From the human T2T-CHM13v2.0 reference genome, Homo sapiens, in assembly GCA_009914755.4 (NCBI GenBank), contig CP068257.2, positions 24,320,001 to 24,384,000 of the forward strand: a stretch of DNA of 64,000 bases, written 5' to 3'. Each line of letters starts with the position of its first letter. Position 1 is the stretch's first letter. The notes beneath the pieces were generated by a model. The model was not told where the DNA came from, searched no databases, and worked only from the letters and a program-made list of their open reading frames with translations. Below, piece by piece: positions 1 to 15,235 of this stretch. The translations under genes were made by a program, and so were the position numbers.

Positions 1-905
1 TTTAACCTGCAGGCATATAATCCGGATCACCCTCATGTCTTTAAATCTTCTGTTACTAGCAATAATTTTTCTGTGTATTAATACTACAGTCTGGTTATAT
101 TGGCATTAGATGGCTAATCTCATTATTAAAATATATGGCAAAGAACAGAGGAAGAGATCTGTCCCAGGAGGACTAATTATACCGAATCCTATTTATTGTC
201 ACTACTGTTTCTGAAACAGTGTTTAGCTCATAATTATGTGCTGTCTGTTTGCAACTGATGTGACATTTTTTAATTTGTACTAAACTCACCTCACAATCAC
301 ACTGCCTTTTAAAAAATCATTCAAAATAATTTATTAAAGGATTAAGAACAGGCACCACCGAAATGGCTTAGACATCATTTACAGCAAGAGGAAAGAGAAA
401 CATAAGATTTACATTTTAGAACATTACTCATTTTCCTCTCTGGAAACAAGAGCGTAATGTATTTCTACCTCTAGGCACAGTTCCTGCCACAATTTGGTTG
501 CTAATAAATATTTGTTAATTAAATTAATGAGTAACTTGCAGCTAGATACAATTTCAGAAATAGGCCCAGTAGTGCAGAATATCCTTCATAGTCTTCAAGT
601 AGAAAACAAACACCTCTCTACTCAGAATAGTGGCCTTCCCAATTTTCACCGAAATACTGACATTAATAAACCTACTTGATGTATCTATATAGTGTGCTTG
701 GGTACTTTAGAAAGTAGTTTTAACTGGGAACTCTTCCCAGAAAATATTTAATGGACTTCATAGCGTGCACAAACTCGTCTCAAAGAGAAGATTCATTTCA
801 TTAATTTCAAAACATCTCACATATTGTGTTCTTATAGTTTGATGTCAAATTGATGTAGGTAATATTGAAGAAAATTTAATGGCCTTTCCTGATAAAAGCT
901 AACAC

Positions 906-1198
906 GTTTTTGGAGATGGAGTCTCACTCTGTCGCCCAGGCTGGAGTGCAGTGGTGCACCTCCACCTCAACTCACTGCAACCTCCACCTCCTGGGTTCAA
1001 GCAATTCTCTTGCCCCAGCCTCTTGAGTTCAGCTGGGATTACAGGCGTGCACCCTCACACCGACCTAATTTTTGTATTTTTAGTAGAGAAGGGTTTCACT
1101 ATGTTGGATAGGCTGGTCTCAAACTCCTGACCTCAGGTGATCCACCTGCCTCGGCCTCCCAAAGTGCTGGGATTACAGGCGTGAGCCACCGCCCCTGG
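906..1198 (-). mobile_element. Alu SINE, reverse-complement orientation.
   Basis: It begins tttttggagatggagtctcactctgtcgcccaggctggagtgcagtgg and ends ...gattacaggcgtgagccaccgcccc. Confidence 0.9.
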
Positions 1199-2660
1199 TG
1201 CTAGTACATTTTTTATTGATTTCCCCATTTCTTAGACGTATTTACTTTTTCATTTTTCTTTTATACGATTTCTCAAATTTGGTGTTGCTGGGACTTGGGA
1301 AAAGTCTCATACATTTGACTAATGGCAGGATGACTCAATGCCAGTCACGTCTGAATATGTAGCTTATTACTTGACAGTTCACGTGGGAAGTGTATTAAAA
1401 TTATTAAGTCCTATTGTCCCACTCCACAGCTTTATGCTTGATCTAGAAATCTGGCATCTTATCATAATAGACACTTGTGCCCTAAACCCGTTTCTTATGG
1501 AAGGCAGTGAAGTGTCAAGAGCGTTTAAAAGCCCTGGGCATAATCCTGCCAAGAAGGAAGTAAATGACTCACTGTACGGGAATCACCCCAACCTTTCCAG
1601 GTCACAGAAAACCCTCTCCTGGAGCATTAAATTGCACCCTGGTGGTTTCCAAAACTGAACAAAGCAATTCTCTCCTGCTTTCATAAATAGGTTCAGAACT
1701 ATTATTTTCACAGTTTTACACCCTGGATTTCAAGAAATCTTGAGCATATAAAATGTAGAAAATTTCCGTGTGCAGGTTTAAAAATCACACTTTAGAGAGT
1801 TAAGTCTCTCTGTGCTTGAGATGATCTTAGTTAAACGTAATATTTGGGGAAACTGCCATGGGGACCTCTGAATCACCACCTTTATTGTCTTTAATGCCAG
1901 GAGTTGAGCTGAATTTTTAAAGTCTCCTGCAAAATTTATCCACCTTCCTTTCTTCAGAAAGGCAAACAAATGATCTTTGTAGTTTAAGGTGAGTATAAAA
2001 GGGCAAATGATAATCCCATGCCAAGGTGGACACAGAAGTCTTGAATGAAGCAATGGAGAAAATGGCAGTAGATTCTCACACTCTCCCCCTTTGGTGTTTC
2101 TTAAGTTTTAACAATATGGATCCATTAGATGGAAGGATATTGAACAACTAATCTCTATTAATCCACTTAGTTCATAAGGCCAGAGCAAAACTTTTGTTTA
2201 TGGCCAAGGAGTTATCCCAATGTTCCTTCCCAGGGTATCCGGTTTGCTGATGCGGCTCTGATTTTGTACTGAACATGACGCAGGAGCATCTAGGAGTCAT
2301 CTATCATCTGTTCTCTCCTTCCCGTGGAAGCAGATCACTTCCTCATAGGGATGTGTCACCAAAGCCTCCATGTACTTCCTCTAACAATCTTTCTCCTCTT
2401 ACGGAGGAAGACATCTTCCTACTTCACAATTTTGTCTCAACTTTCAATGAATCCTTTTGATTTTCTAATTATGGCTAACAAAAGCTAAAACAACAGAAAT
2501 TGCAGAAAGAGGAGAAAAATTAACTCCAATTTGCAGACGGAATAGGAGGAATCCCTTTATTAAATCACTTGCTCCTAGTTACAGGTTATAAAGATGGCAA
2601 ACCTGGGAAGTAAAGACAAGAGTTTATGTTATAAAAGGTAGAAAATAGGAGTGGTTTTAA

Positions 2661-3005
<345 letters not shown>

Positions 3006-6000
3006 TAGGTTTCATAAATTTTTTCCAGGGTATTTTGCTAGTTCTCAGAAATAATTTATTTTGGTTGTTCAGACCACAGTCATAAATTAGTGAAGGCAGC
3101 ATATAGAACTGAAATTTAGCACCCAACACAACCCCATGATTCATGCTTTCAGACAAACTCTAGCACAGAATGGATAAAGAGCTAAGATCTTCTGACCTGG
3201 GAATACAGAAAGGACAGAAAATGTTTGGACTTGTATGTCTTCAAGCTTTGTTTAGTCAAACAGTGAAACATGTGTACACTTAATGATGAACAGAATTAGT
3301 AATACAACCCAGAAGGCAAAGCGCACAGTGTTGCTGAAATCATAAGCAAAAGATATGTTCGACTAACTCGGACCCTTGCAGAGATTTGTCAAACGGTCTG
3401 ATCATCCGAAAAATGCCAACTGTGACATATTCTTGACTTTTTAAGAGAGATTTACAGCAATCTGCTTTAATTTTGCATATTCATACTTGGACTATGGTGG
3501 TCCTGCTTCATACATCCTCTAACTGGTTAGCCTATTCAAAGAAAAGTACATTTGCATTTCTTTTAATTTTACCCTCTCCTCTTCCCATACCTAGGCAGTG
3601 TTATGACCTATTAGAAATTCTGAGTTTTTTGTTGATATTAAAACATTTATATAAGGAAACTCAAGGTGATGATACTTAAAAGCCAAACATCACCTGGCAT
3701 CTTTAAACTGGTATCCATGGTCAACCTTCACAAAATGAATGAACCCCTTAAAGCTTATGCGAGATTGTGTTTGCGTGTGTATGCGTACATGTTTCCAGGG
3801 TGAGGATTCTTTGCTACCCATCTGTTCTCTATCAGTCATACCAGGCAGGTGAATAACTACTGGATCTTTAAATGTGCTATTTGTCTACAAAAACTAAATA
3901 TTTATATTTTCATAATACATTTTCATTCTCAAAGATAAAATGAACATATATATTAACATTAAAATACGTAGGTTTGCTGGAAGAAAGCAGAGCGTAAAAC
4001 CATACGGTGCTATGGGTTTTAATAGCATCCTGTGAAGACCTATTTGCATTCTGAAGGCAGTGACTGAGCAGTGCTCCACTGTGGAGGGAATCTGGGTGAT
4101 GAATATGGCCTCAGTGGCAAAAGACAGCTTTTAAGCTAATGCCTTCCCAACATACTTCTTAATGTTCTATGTAACTTAATTAAACCCAGAAACCACTAGT
4201 ATCTCTTGTTACATACTTCCCATTTGTATGTAGCAAGATTTTATCGAACTTGGTAAACATTCAGAAGGTAGGGAAGTAATAGTACTGAGTGGCTTTACTG
4301 AAAGAGCATGTATACCATTCAGCATAGTTTATAAGATTTTGTTCACTAAATGCTAATTCTCTCATTTTCCTTCCCATTCACTATCTGTTATTGGGTTTGC
4401 CCTTAGGAGTGCCCAAGCTAATGAGTCCCCCTTTGCTCACCAATGTATACAGAACTCAACTAAAAATAAACGGATGGTGAACAAATAAATAATAAATATG
4501 TAAGTATAGAGCAATTATTTACTTTTCTGAAAGATGATCTTTTTGGCCTGGCAGTCTTTCAACTTTTAATTCCATTCTGATTAGCTTCATAAAATTTTGG
4601 TTAAATTCAAAACCTGCTGGTGGAATGCCTTAAACATTATAATATTCATCTGTCCACATACCAAGAACTCAGCAAATAATTTTTAACTTACTATCAGTTA
4701 CATTGAGGTACAGATGTCCCATATTTGCTTTGGAGATATATGCTATATACATATATTTTATAAGATAATTTCTTTTGCAACGAAAAGTGATGGGTAGAAA
4801 TAATTGGTTTGTTGGGTGAAGGGCAATTAGCGGTATCATATAAAAGCTCAAGTTTAGTACCACAATTTCTTTTTTGCTTTAGAAAAGAAAGGTACACCAA
4901 CACCCACATTGGTTAAAGTTTGGTTTAGTTGTAATCCACATCATATAGTGGCGAAAAATTTATTTATGAGGTGGTTTAAACCTTCTCATGCCATCACCTG
5001 TTTACCTGTGACAAACCTCCCATTAATGTCTACCCTTGTTATCTCCAATGACGGCTGTTTCTTGTTGAACATTTATTGCTCTTCTGCTGGAATTTACCAA
5101 ATAGCCTTGAGCAAAATCTCAACTTAGTGATGAAACCGTGCTCTTTAATGAAGAGTCTCACAGAATTCATGTTCTATCAAAGAATTATGTGAAGAAGTTT
5201 CCAGAGATCTCAGCAAAATTTAACATGTGGCTGAACCATTCAAAAATGAGAAACCAAAGAAGGATGCCGATGCTATAGAAACTGCCAACATTTTTTTTTT
5301 GCTCAATTAAACTGATAGCCTGAATGTGAAGCAGCAGATAGAAGCATGAAATGAATTTCAGTATGGATAAGATGGTTTCAATCGTTAAGACACTGAAAAA
5401 ATCCAAACAACACAACTGGGATAGATAAACAGATGTACAGGAAAATGTTTCCTAATTCTCACTTCCCTTTAGAAAATGCAGTTGTTGAAGTCAGAATAAT
5501 AATCATGATAACTGTCTGATGAAAGATTTAGACTAAGTATCTGTAAAAACACCAAAAATCTCAGAATTACAAAGAAAGCTTTGGCTGTGTATCCCTTATC
5601 TTTAAAACAGTTCAAGTCTTACAAATTAGGGGGTGCTAAGGTTTTCCAAACCTAGGCCTACAATAGAAAGTTGATTGAAATAAAAAATCCCTATCTGGCC
5701 TTTGGTTTAACTGTACAGGATCACATTAAGTCTAATTTCTCTTCAACAGTCAGGACATATCATCATCTTCTGTCTATGAAGGATAAGCAGAACGCTGAGA
5801 GTTACAAGGGGAAAGGCTCAGACAGCATTTAGTTCCTGTTTCATGAAGCTATGAATAGTTTGAGTACGAGCCCTGACAAAGTAAAAAGCAGGAAGTGCAT
5901 GACTGTAGAGGGCAGGTTAAGAAATGATGAATGCTTAGCTTTAAGTATTTAATCTGGTAGCTTGCAGGCCTCCAAAGGTGGTAGAAGTTAACCTCCTGTG

Positions 6001-6255
6001 CTGCAGTTCTGGAGAGGCATTTAATTCTTCCAGGGGGAAAAAGTGCTAACTCCTTGATTTTCCAAAGAAAGTCTAAGGAAAGTAAAAAGGTGAAGGGGTT
6101 GGTGTTTAGAAGAGTCACTAGCCTTCAACAGAGTAAGAGTTTTTTCTGAGTGCAAAGACACAGCTCTGCTCAACTTTTTTTTCCCATGGGGAAAACAACT
6201 ATTTTAATAATTGTAATATTTCAAGTATTTATCTCATTTTTTAACTTTTAATTTT

Positions 6256-6547
6256 GGAACAGCGTCTTGCTTTGTCATCCAGGCTGGAGTGCAGTGGCAC
6301 CATCACAGCTCACTGCAGCCTTGACTTCCTGGTTCACACTCACACCTCAGCCTCCAGAGTAGCTGCGACTACAGGCGCGCACCATCATGCCTGGCTAATT
6401 AAAAAAATCTTTTTTTTTTTTTTTTTTTGTAGAGATAGGGCCTTTCTATGTTGCCTAGGGTGGTCTCAAATTCCTGGGCTCAAGGGATCCTCCCACCTCA
6501 GCCTCCCAAAATGCTGGGATTACAGCTGTGAGCCACCACATCTAGCC
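6256..6547 (-). mobile_element. Alu SINE, reverse-complement orientation, with an internal T22 linker.
   Basis: It contains ...gtcatccaggctggagtgcagtggcacc... and ...gctgggattacagctgtgagccaccacatctagcc. Confidence 0.88.
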
Positions 6548-7162
6548 TAAAGTATTTATTTTAAATACATGTGCCTATATATGTATGACTCTAAATATGA
6601 GTCAAACAATGCATTTTTAGGTTGACCATTCAGTGTATTTGCCTATAGGTACATAACTAAATCAGAAATTTGAAACATACAGTATACTCAGACACAGGGA
6701 CTCAGGAAATGAAATTCATTAGTAGAACAAGGAATTCTAGCTGCACAAAAACAACATCTCATAACACTTCCACGTTTAGGTTTAAAAACTGAGTAAAAGT
6801 ATGATTTAAATCTGAGCTTCAAAGAAACTGAAAACAATCCACATTGTTTTGGAATCCCGTGTTTGCAAAGTCTGAGAATATACGGTAGAATTTGTTAAGG
6901 GTTAGACAGGTAATTATTCTAAGTGGTAACATCTACAGAATCTATGGAAACGACACTTTTGATTTACTTATATTCAAATACCATTTACTGAATACAGTTG
7001 TCTGCATTTTCCAGGCACGGTGGTTAAGTATGAGGGAGATCTCAGAAATATTTATGTATGACTCCTATTACAAGATGTGATCTTTTTCAGACAACCACCA
7101 GTAAGCTCTGGATTTATGTCTTCAAGAGGAAGGTATAAAAGTCCTCAAGAAGGCATTTAATT

Positions 7163-7587
<425 letters not shown>

Positions 7588-7644
7588 CTAGACTCCAGGC
7601 CTGTGACCACCCAGCCACATTTTATTACAAAGGAAAGATTTAAA

Positions 7645-8164
<520 letters not shown>

Positions 8165-9138
8165 CCGAGTTAAGAATTTAACAGGAATCCTTAGATCAAT
8201 CAACAACAGTGATCTGATTTTTGACAGTAAAATATTTCTTCCTAATCCAGTTTTTAATTTTTTTTTCAAATGAACATGTTGCCTAATTCCATATGAAGCA
8301 ATGCGGAGGCCCACAATAAGCACGATTACAACCACTCTAAAATTATCCCCTTTGATAAAAGATGACACTTCGGCAAACATTCTTGCCACTGCCTTTCCTG
8401 TGATGGCTGATGAGACTAAACTGAGAGTTTAAATGTACATTTGTTAAAGCCTCCATTCAGCCCTCAGCTTATTTTTAGTCCCATCAATGTCCATTTAGCA
8501 AAGATCTTACTTTAGAGATTGGACTTTCAGCTGGAACGCTTCACAAGTTTCTGCTATAAAGATTCTGGTCTCAGCACCCACCAGCCTATCCTTCTCTGGC
8601 AAATGATCACACGGCTCCTCTCCTGAAAGCGTGTTCTCCAAAAAAGAGAGGAACCAAGGAACTTTTGTTCTGCAGAGATATAAAAAAAAATTTCCTGACA
8701 AGTGCCTTGCTAAGATAGAGAATTTTGGCAAATAGAAAATGAAAACGCTAATATGAATATTCTTTTTCAAAAGCTCTTTGTTTAGAGAGGAAGCTCGTTC
8801 TAGTGAGAAGGCACCACAGTGACTCGCGGCTCTACCCTCTCCCTTCCCAGCAGTGTCACCCTGAACCAGCCGCTCCATCTCCCGAGGTTGCAGTGATATC
8901 ATCGGTAGAACAGGGTAAATAGTATCTTACGTCTTGGAAGAATGCCACGAGCTCTTTAACGGCTCCTCATGGCTTTCTGTGCACTGTAACTTTATCCATA
9001 GAAAGAAAAATCAAAATGGTGAGGAAAATCGGTGCAAATGGGTGACTTTCTGGTTAAGTTGCATAAAATGCACAAACAATTCCAGCCAAGATTGAGTGAG
9101 AAGAACTGGATTTACCCTCCTGCCTGAACCACCAATAA

Positions 9139-9462
<324 letters not shown>

Positions 9463-10299
9463 ATAAACAACATTTCTGCAAGACATTAGACATCAGGTGA
9501 AGGACACTGATTCCTGAAAAGGGGAAACAAATGAGGACTTACAGCTGCCAAACTCATGGCCCTGAATTTCCAGGTCATGGTTTCAGGTGGGGAAACCCAC
9601 ACAGAGCCTAGAGGACTCGTGGAGTGGAGGACATGAAGTGTGTGGAGAGATCAAGGTAGTTGTAATTCACAGGACAGGGTATTGGTGAGGAGAGAGTTGC
9701 TCCAAAAGAGAATCCAGAGATGTGCAGAGTGATCCCTGAGAATATAGCTGAGTAATGATGGGTACATGCATGTGAAAGAAACTGAAGCCAGGGGGAAAAT
9801 CACCAAAAAGAATTAGCATTAACAGTGCTTGGTGTTCACACAGGGACAGGAATAATGCCTCTTCCCACGAGTCAGGTGAGAAAACTTAACATTCATGGTA
9901 GATGACTGAGAAGGGTCTTGCCTCACTAGTAAGGAATAACTAGTCCTAGGCTGATAACTGCTTCTATCCCACCTAACAAATCTAAAAATGCAAAGCTCAA
10001 AAGGATCAAACTGTTTCCAAGTAACTCAACTATGTGACAGAAAAAAGCTCAAGAATATTACAAAAACACCTAGCATTCAACAGGTTTAAATTCAGCGTCC
10101 GACATTTAATAAAAAATTATGAGGCATAAAATGATACAGGGAAATGCCACATGTAATAATAAGCAATCAAAATTGATTCAAAGTTGACAGAGATGTTAGA
10201 ATTAGCAAACATGGATATTTAAACAGTTTTCATATAATAACTGTATTCCATAGGTTCAAAAGTTAAGATACAGACGATATTATGGGTGTTGGGGGTAGC

Positions 10300-11775
10300 C
10301 CAGGTTAAATTTCTATATACAACAACTACAGTATGTGAGGTGATAAGATGAAAAACGGCCAGATGGAATTAAGGGCAGACTGAATGATACCATGGCATAT
10401 CAAAATTAAATTGTTAAAAACCAGTGATATAGAGAAAACTGTAAAAACAGAAAAAAAAGACATGTTATTTTTAGAGAAATAAAGATAAAGATATCAACAC
10501 AAATAAGACAGCAGAGTATCATCTTTCAAGCAGTGAAAGAAAAACCTCAATCCAGTATTTTATACCCAGCAAAAATATTTTTCAAAACCAAAGGTATAAA
10601 AAAGACATTTTTAGTCAAAGCCAAACAAAAGATTTCATCACCAACTTATGTGCACTCAAACTTTTTTTTTTAAAGAGACAGGATGCCCTTTGTCACCCAG
10701 ATGGGAGTACAGTCATGCAATCACAGCTCACTGCAGTCTCGAACTCCTGGGTTCAAGTGATCTTCCTATCTCAACCTCCTGAGTTGCTGGGATTGCAGGT
10801 ACAAGCCACCAAGCCCAGTCTCTAAGACATTTTAAAGGAAATCTCTCAGGCAGAAGGAAAATGATACCAGCTGGATCTGCGCAAAGAGTTTACAGCACCC
10901 AAAATGATGACTTCATGGGTAAACATGTTGTTTTTTTTTTAAATTTACAACTCATTAAAAAATAACTGTTTAAAGAAAAACATCAACAATGTAGTAAGGA
11001 AAAAGTATGACAACAACCGCTTACAGAGAGAGAGAGAGATGAAAAATGGAAGTACTTTTGTAAAGTACTGTCTGTGGAGTGGTATAATATCATTTGAACT
11101 GACATAACATCATCGTGACAAGTTTAGAATGTTTTCTATAAGCCTAAAGCAACCAGTAAAATAACAAACTAGTTATAACTTATAAACCCACAAAGGAGAT
11201 AAACCAGTAAAATAACAAACTAGTTGTAACTTACAAACCAACAAAAGAGATAAAATAGAATCATAAAAAATTTCTAATTAATCCAAAAAAAAAAGAGGAA
11301 AAAAGAAGAACAAGGAACAGACTGGACAAATAGCAAACAAATATCAAGATGACAGATTCAGTGACAACCATATCCATAACCTCATTCAGTGTACATGGTC
11401 TTCCCAATCCAAAGGAAAACGCAAGACCCAATTACATGCTGCCTACAAAAAATACACTTCAAATATAAAGACAAACAAGGTCAATAAGAGTATAAGGATG
11501 GAAAAATGCACCACATTAATATTAATCAAAAGAAAGCTGGAATAGCTTTATTAATATTAAAGTAGATTTTGGAGCAAAACATTACAAAGGATAAAAAGAT
11601 CATTTCATAAGAAGAGGCTCAAGGAGGGCCTAACAGCCTGGAACATTTACACGCCTAAAAACACAGCCTCAAACTATACAAAATAAAAACTGATAGCACT
11701 GTTTAGAAAAATGGCCCGGTCCACAATCACAGGCAGAGCTTTCAATATCCCTTGCTCAATGACAAACAGAAAGAA
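10300..11775 (+). mobile_element. Ancient L1 (L1M/L1PB-like) fragment with degenerate ORF1 C-terminus, inter-ORF region and ORF2 N-terminus. A partial Alu interrupts it and an Alu at 11781 truncates it.
   Basis: The stretch 10561-10645 translates to ..YPAKIFFKTKGIKKTFLVKAKQKISSPT, which resembles L1 ORF1 ..SYPAKLSFISEGEIKYFTDKQMLRDFVTT. The stretch from 11340 reads ATGACAGATTCAGTGACAACCATATCCATAACC.., which resembles ORF2 MTGSNSHITILTLNINGLNSPIKR.. but carries stop codons. A 51-bp tandem duplication lies at 11153-11255. Confidence 0.55.
10664..10820 (-). mobile_element. Partial Alu (about 155 nt, monomer-sized), reverse-complement orientation.
   Basis: It reads ttttttttaaagagacaggatgccctttgtcacccagatgggagtacag...gctgggattgcaggtacaagccaccaagcccag. 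Confidence 0.75.
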
Positions 11776-11780
11776 CAAAT

Positions 11781-12084
11781 GGCTGGGCATGGTGGTTCAC
11801 GCCTGTAATCCCAGCACTGTGGGAGGCCGAGGTGGGTGGATCACCTGAGGTCAGGAGTTCGAGATCAGCCTGGCCAACATGTTGAAACCCTGTCTCTACT
11901 AAAATACAAAAATTAGCTGGGTGTCGTGGCTCACCTGTAATCCTAGGTACTTGGGAGGCTGAGGCATGAGAATTGCTTAAACCCAGGAGACAGAAGTTGC
12001 AGTGAGCTGAGATTGCACCACTGCACTCCAGCCTGGGTGACAGAGTGAGACTCCATCTCATTTAAAAAAAAAAAAAAAAAAAAA
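11781..12084 (+). mobile_element. Alu SINE with an A21 tail.
   Basis: It begins ggctgggcatggtggttcacgcctgtaatcccagcactgtgggaggccgagg and ends ...gtgagactccatctcattt(a)n. Confidence 0.92.
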
Positions 12085-12454
12085 GAACAAGTGGACATAA
12101 GTTACACACTCATGCTCAGAAAGTTCCTTCCATTCCAAGTAAGCTCTCCCACAGAATGCCGGTGAACACATCTATGCCTGTACCACTCAACATGCCTTTT
12201 TGGGGCAATGATCACTGAAAACCATGAATAAGTCTCATCATTGCTAATGTCATGACTGACAAATGCTTCCCCACAGAGAATATGGCCACTGCTCTGAGAT
12301 GGAAATTTGAGTTCTAATTCTTTCTGGTCCACTAAAAATTCTTACAACTCAGCCAAATCTCAACTTTCCTTGACCTTAGTTATATTATTATACTTACATG
12401 ATGAGGGGGCTGGGCAAGGTTACTTCTAAAATCCTTTGCCATGGTCTGAATGTT

Positions 12455-12860
12455 TGTGTCTCTCCCACCCCCAATTCATATGTTGAAACCTAAGCCACAG
12501 TGTGATGCTATTTGAGGGTGAAAGCTTTGGGAGACAATTAGGCATGAGGGCAGAGCCTTCAAGATTGACATTAGTACCCTTATAAAAGAGGGCCCAGAGA
12601 GCTCTCTTGCCCATTCCACCATATGAGGATACAGCAAAATACAAACAAAAACAAAAATAAAATAAATAAAAGATAAACAAAATTTAAGTTCTATGAACCA
12701 GGAAGCAAACTTTCACCAGACAACCAAGTATGCTGATGTCTTGATCTTGGACTTCTCAGCCTCTGCAACTGTGAGAAATAAACTTCTGTTGCTGATAAGG
12801 TACCCAGTCTATGGTATTCTGTTACAGCAGCCTGAAGGGACTGGAAGACATCCTTCCAGC
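12455..12860 (+). mobile_element. MaLR-type solitary LTR (THE1/MST-like).
   Basis: It carries the family's diagnostic internal motifs ..gagggtgaaagctttgggagacaattagg..agtacccttataaaagagggcccagagagctc..ttgatcttggacttctcagcctctgcaactgtgagaaataaacttctgttgct..acccagtctatggtattctgttacagcagcctgaa.. Confidence 0.5.
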
Positions 12861-13099
12861 TTTTGTGTTCGAACTTGAACTATGCCATCAATTGTCACCA
12901 CCTCAGGAATATTAAATCAAGTCAGGGCTTGCAATGTGAGTCCCTGGGAGTCCTGTCTGGCTGCTCTGTGGGGAAGTGTGAGTACCTGCTGTGTAGAGAT
13001 GACCTTGTGGAGGTAGCTGCCCTGTGACCCTTTGACCTTCAAGATGGAATGGACAGGGGTTGAACCTCTGAATAACAGTGCTCAAGGCATTTCTCCTCA

Positions 13100-13354
<255 letters not shown>

Positions 13355-14072
13355 TCATAAACACATATGTCCATGGGGACTGAATAAGTAGGATGAAGCA
13401 GCAATTTCAAGTCTTCTAAAAAAGACATCCTATTCCATTTTCTTCTAGTGCTAAAAAGTATCCTAAAGACTGCATAGTCATTCCAACATTGACTAATTCT
13501 ACGTTTTATAGCTTACTTCACTTTCTTGCACTCTCCAACCCTCATCAAACCTACTTTCTCATTGAAAATCAGTATTTCATAGGCTCTCTGAAGGCTGATT
13601 TGACTAATAACTTTGGATAAATATATGCACTCTTGAAACTCTTATATTACATATTAAAAAAAAATCCCTCTCTTACTAACAGTACCTCAAGTAATTGACC
13701 ATAATAAACTGTTGGTTTACTTAAGGTAATTTTGAGACTGGTTTCCATCAAAAATTCAAATTCTCATAATTTTTGCTGGAGGGAGAAGCAGCAGAAGATT
13801 GTGGTGACTGAAAAGATGTATTATTAATAAAAAGTAGATTGCAAGTTACAATGTGAGTTTTATGGCAATGAATTATAACTTGAAATAATTGGGAGCAAAT
13901 ATAAGGCAGGATTTAAACAACTCAATTACTAGACAATGATTAAGAACAGCTGAAGTTCATGGGACTATGAACAATCACACGTGAGGTGCTGGCAGATAAA
14001 GGTAAACCTGCAGACACTCATTAAAAAGACTGCTGGCATGTGATGTTTGGTAGGAAATGGGTTCAGGTTTTA

Positions 14073-14147
14073 CCTGGATAACTGCCTTCTTATCAGCTTT
14101 AGGCAAGTTCTTTGCTTGACGTTCTGCCTCTTCCCATTCTCTCATGA
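14073..14147 (-). CDS. APP: APP exon 10 (75 nt), encoding VMREWEEAERQAKNLPKADKKAVIQ.
   Basis: The reverse complement reads gtcatgagagaatgggaagaggcagaacgtcaagcaaagaacttgcctaaagctgataagaaggcagttatccag. The acceptor is tttatag| and the donor |gtaaaacc. This exon is too short to appear in the ORF track. Confidence 0.9.
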
Positions 14148-14849
14148 CCTATAAATTAAGGAAACATTTGAATTTAAAATCATCAGTTCATCCTTTGAAT
14201 ACAGACTTAATAGGATGGATGATTATGTTTTTCCTCTATTTTTGTCATTTTAGATATTTAAAAAATTTATTACATACCCCTTCCTATCTGAAGAATATTT
14301 GACCTCCCACTAGGATATAAATAATTAATCACAGCAGTATATTAAACATAAATGTTCATATTTATTGCAGGAATATAGCTTTTTGAGTCAAGGTTGGTCT
14401 TTTTTTACCCCGAGAACTGACAGTCATTTGATTTGATGTGAACAAATACCAACTATTCATGGAAGGCACACATTAACTGAACAAGGTCTTCCAATATTAA
14501 ACTGAACACCTAAGTTTTACTCTCTTATGAAAGCAACTGAAACCATTTTAAACTGTATATTTTGACTTTAAAGAAAATATGACATTTTATGTGTGTGTGT
14601 GTCATGAATACAATGCCAAAAAGCAGTACATAATGGGGGAAGAAAAAGAAGACTTCTGCTGTCTAATATCCTAAGACCTATCCCCCTTTAAAGAACTGAT
14701 GGGGAATTAAGGCCCTTTGAGCTTGCCAACCTAAGTCATGAACAGCAAGGATTACGCTAAGTCCTTCCAAAAACTCCAAGAAAACATGTAATATTCTGAA
14801 TGCAGCAAACATGTATTTTTTTACAAGTAGCACTAATTTAGTAACCAAC

Positions 14850-15235
14850 TGCTATGGTTTGAATGTAACCCCTAAAAAGCATGTGTTGGAAACTTAATCC
14901 CCAGTGCAACAATGTTGAGGGGTAAGTCCTGTAAGAGGTGATTCAGTCTCTGTCCTCATGAGTAAATTAGTATCATTATGGGGGGAGTGGGTTTGTTATT
15001 GTGAGAAGTGGGTTGTTATAAAACTCAGTTTTGCCCTCCTCTTGCCCTTCTTCCTTCCACCATATATGATACAGCAAGGAAGTCCTCAACAGATGCCAGC
15101 ACCATGTTCTTGGACTTCCCCACCTGCAAAACTGAGAGCCGAATTTTAAACTTCTTTTTCTTTACAGATTATCCAGGCTGGGGTATTCTATTATAGCAAC
15201 ACAAACTGACTAAGATATCAGGTGAATGTGTTTTG
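14850..15235 (+). mobile_element. MaLR-type solitary LTR (THE1/MST-like).
   Basis: It reads gctatggtttgaatgtaacccctaaaaagcatgtgttggaaacttaatccccagtgcaacaatgttgagg...ttcttggacttccccacctgcaaaactgagagccgaattttaaac...cagattatccaggctggggtattctattatagcaacacaaactgactaag. Confidence 0.55.
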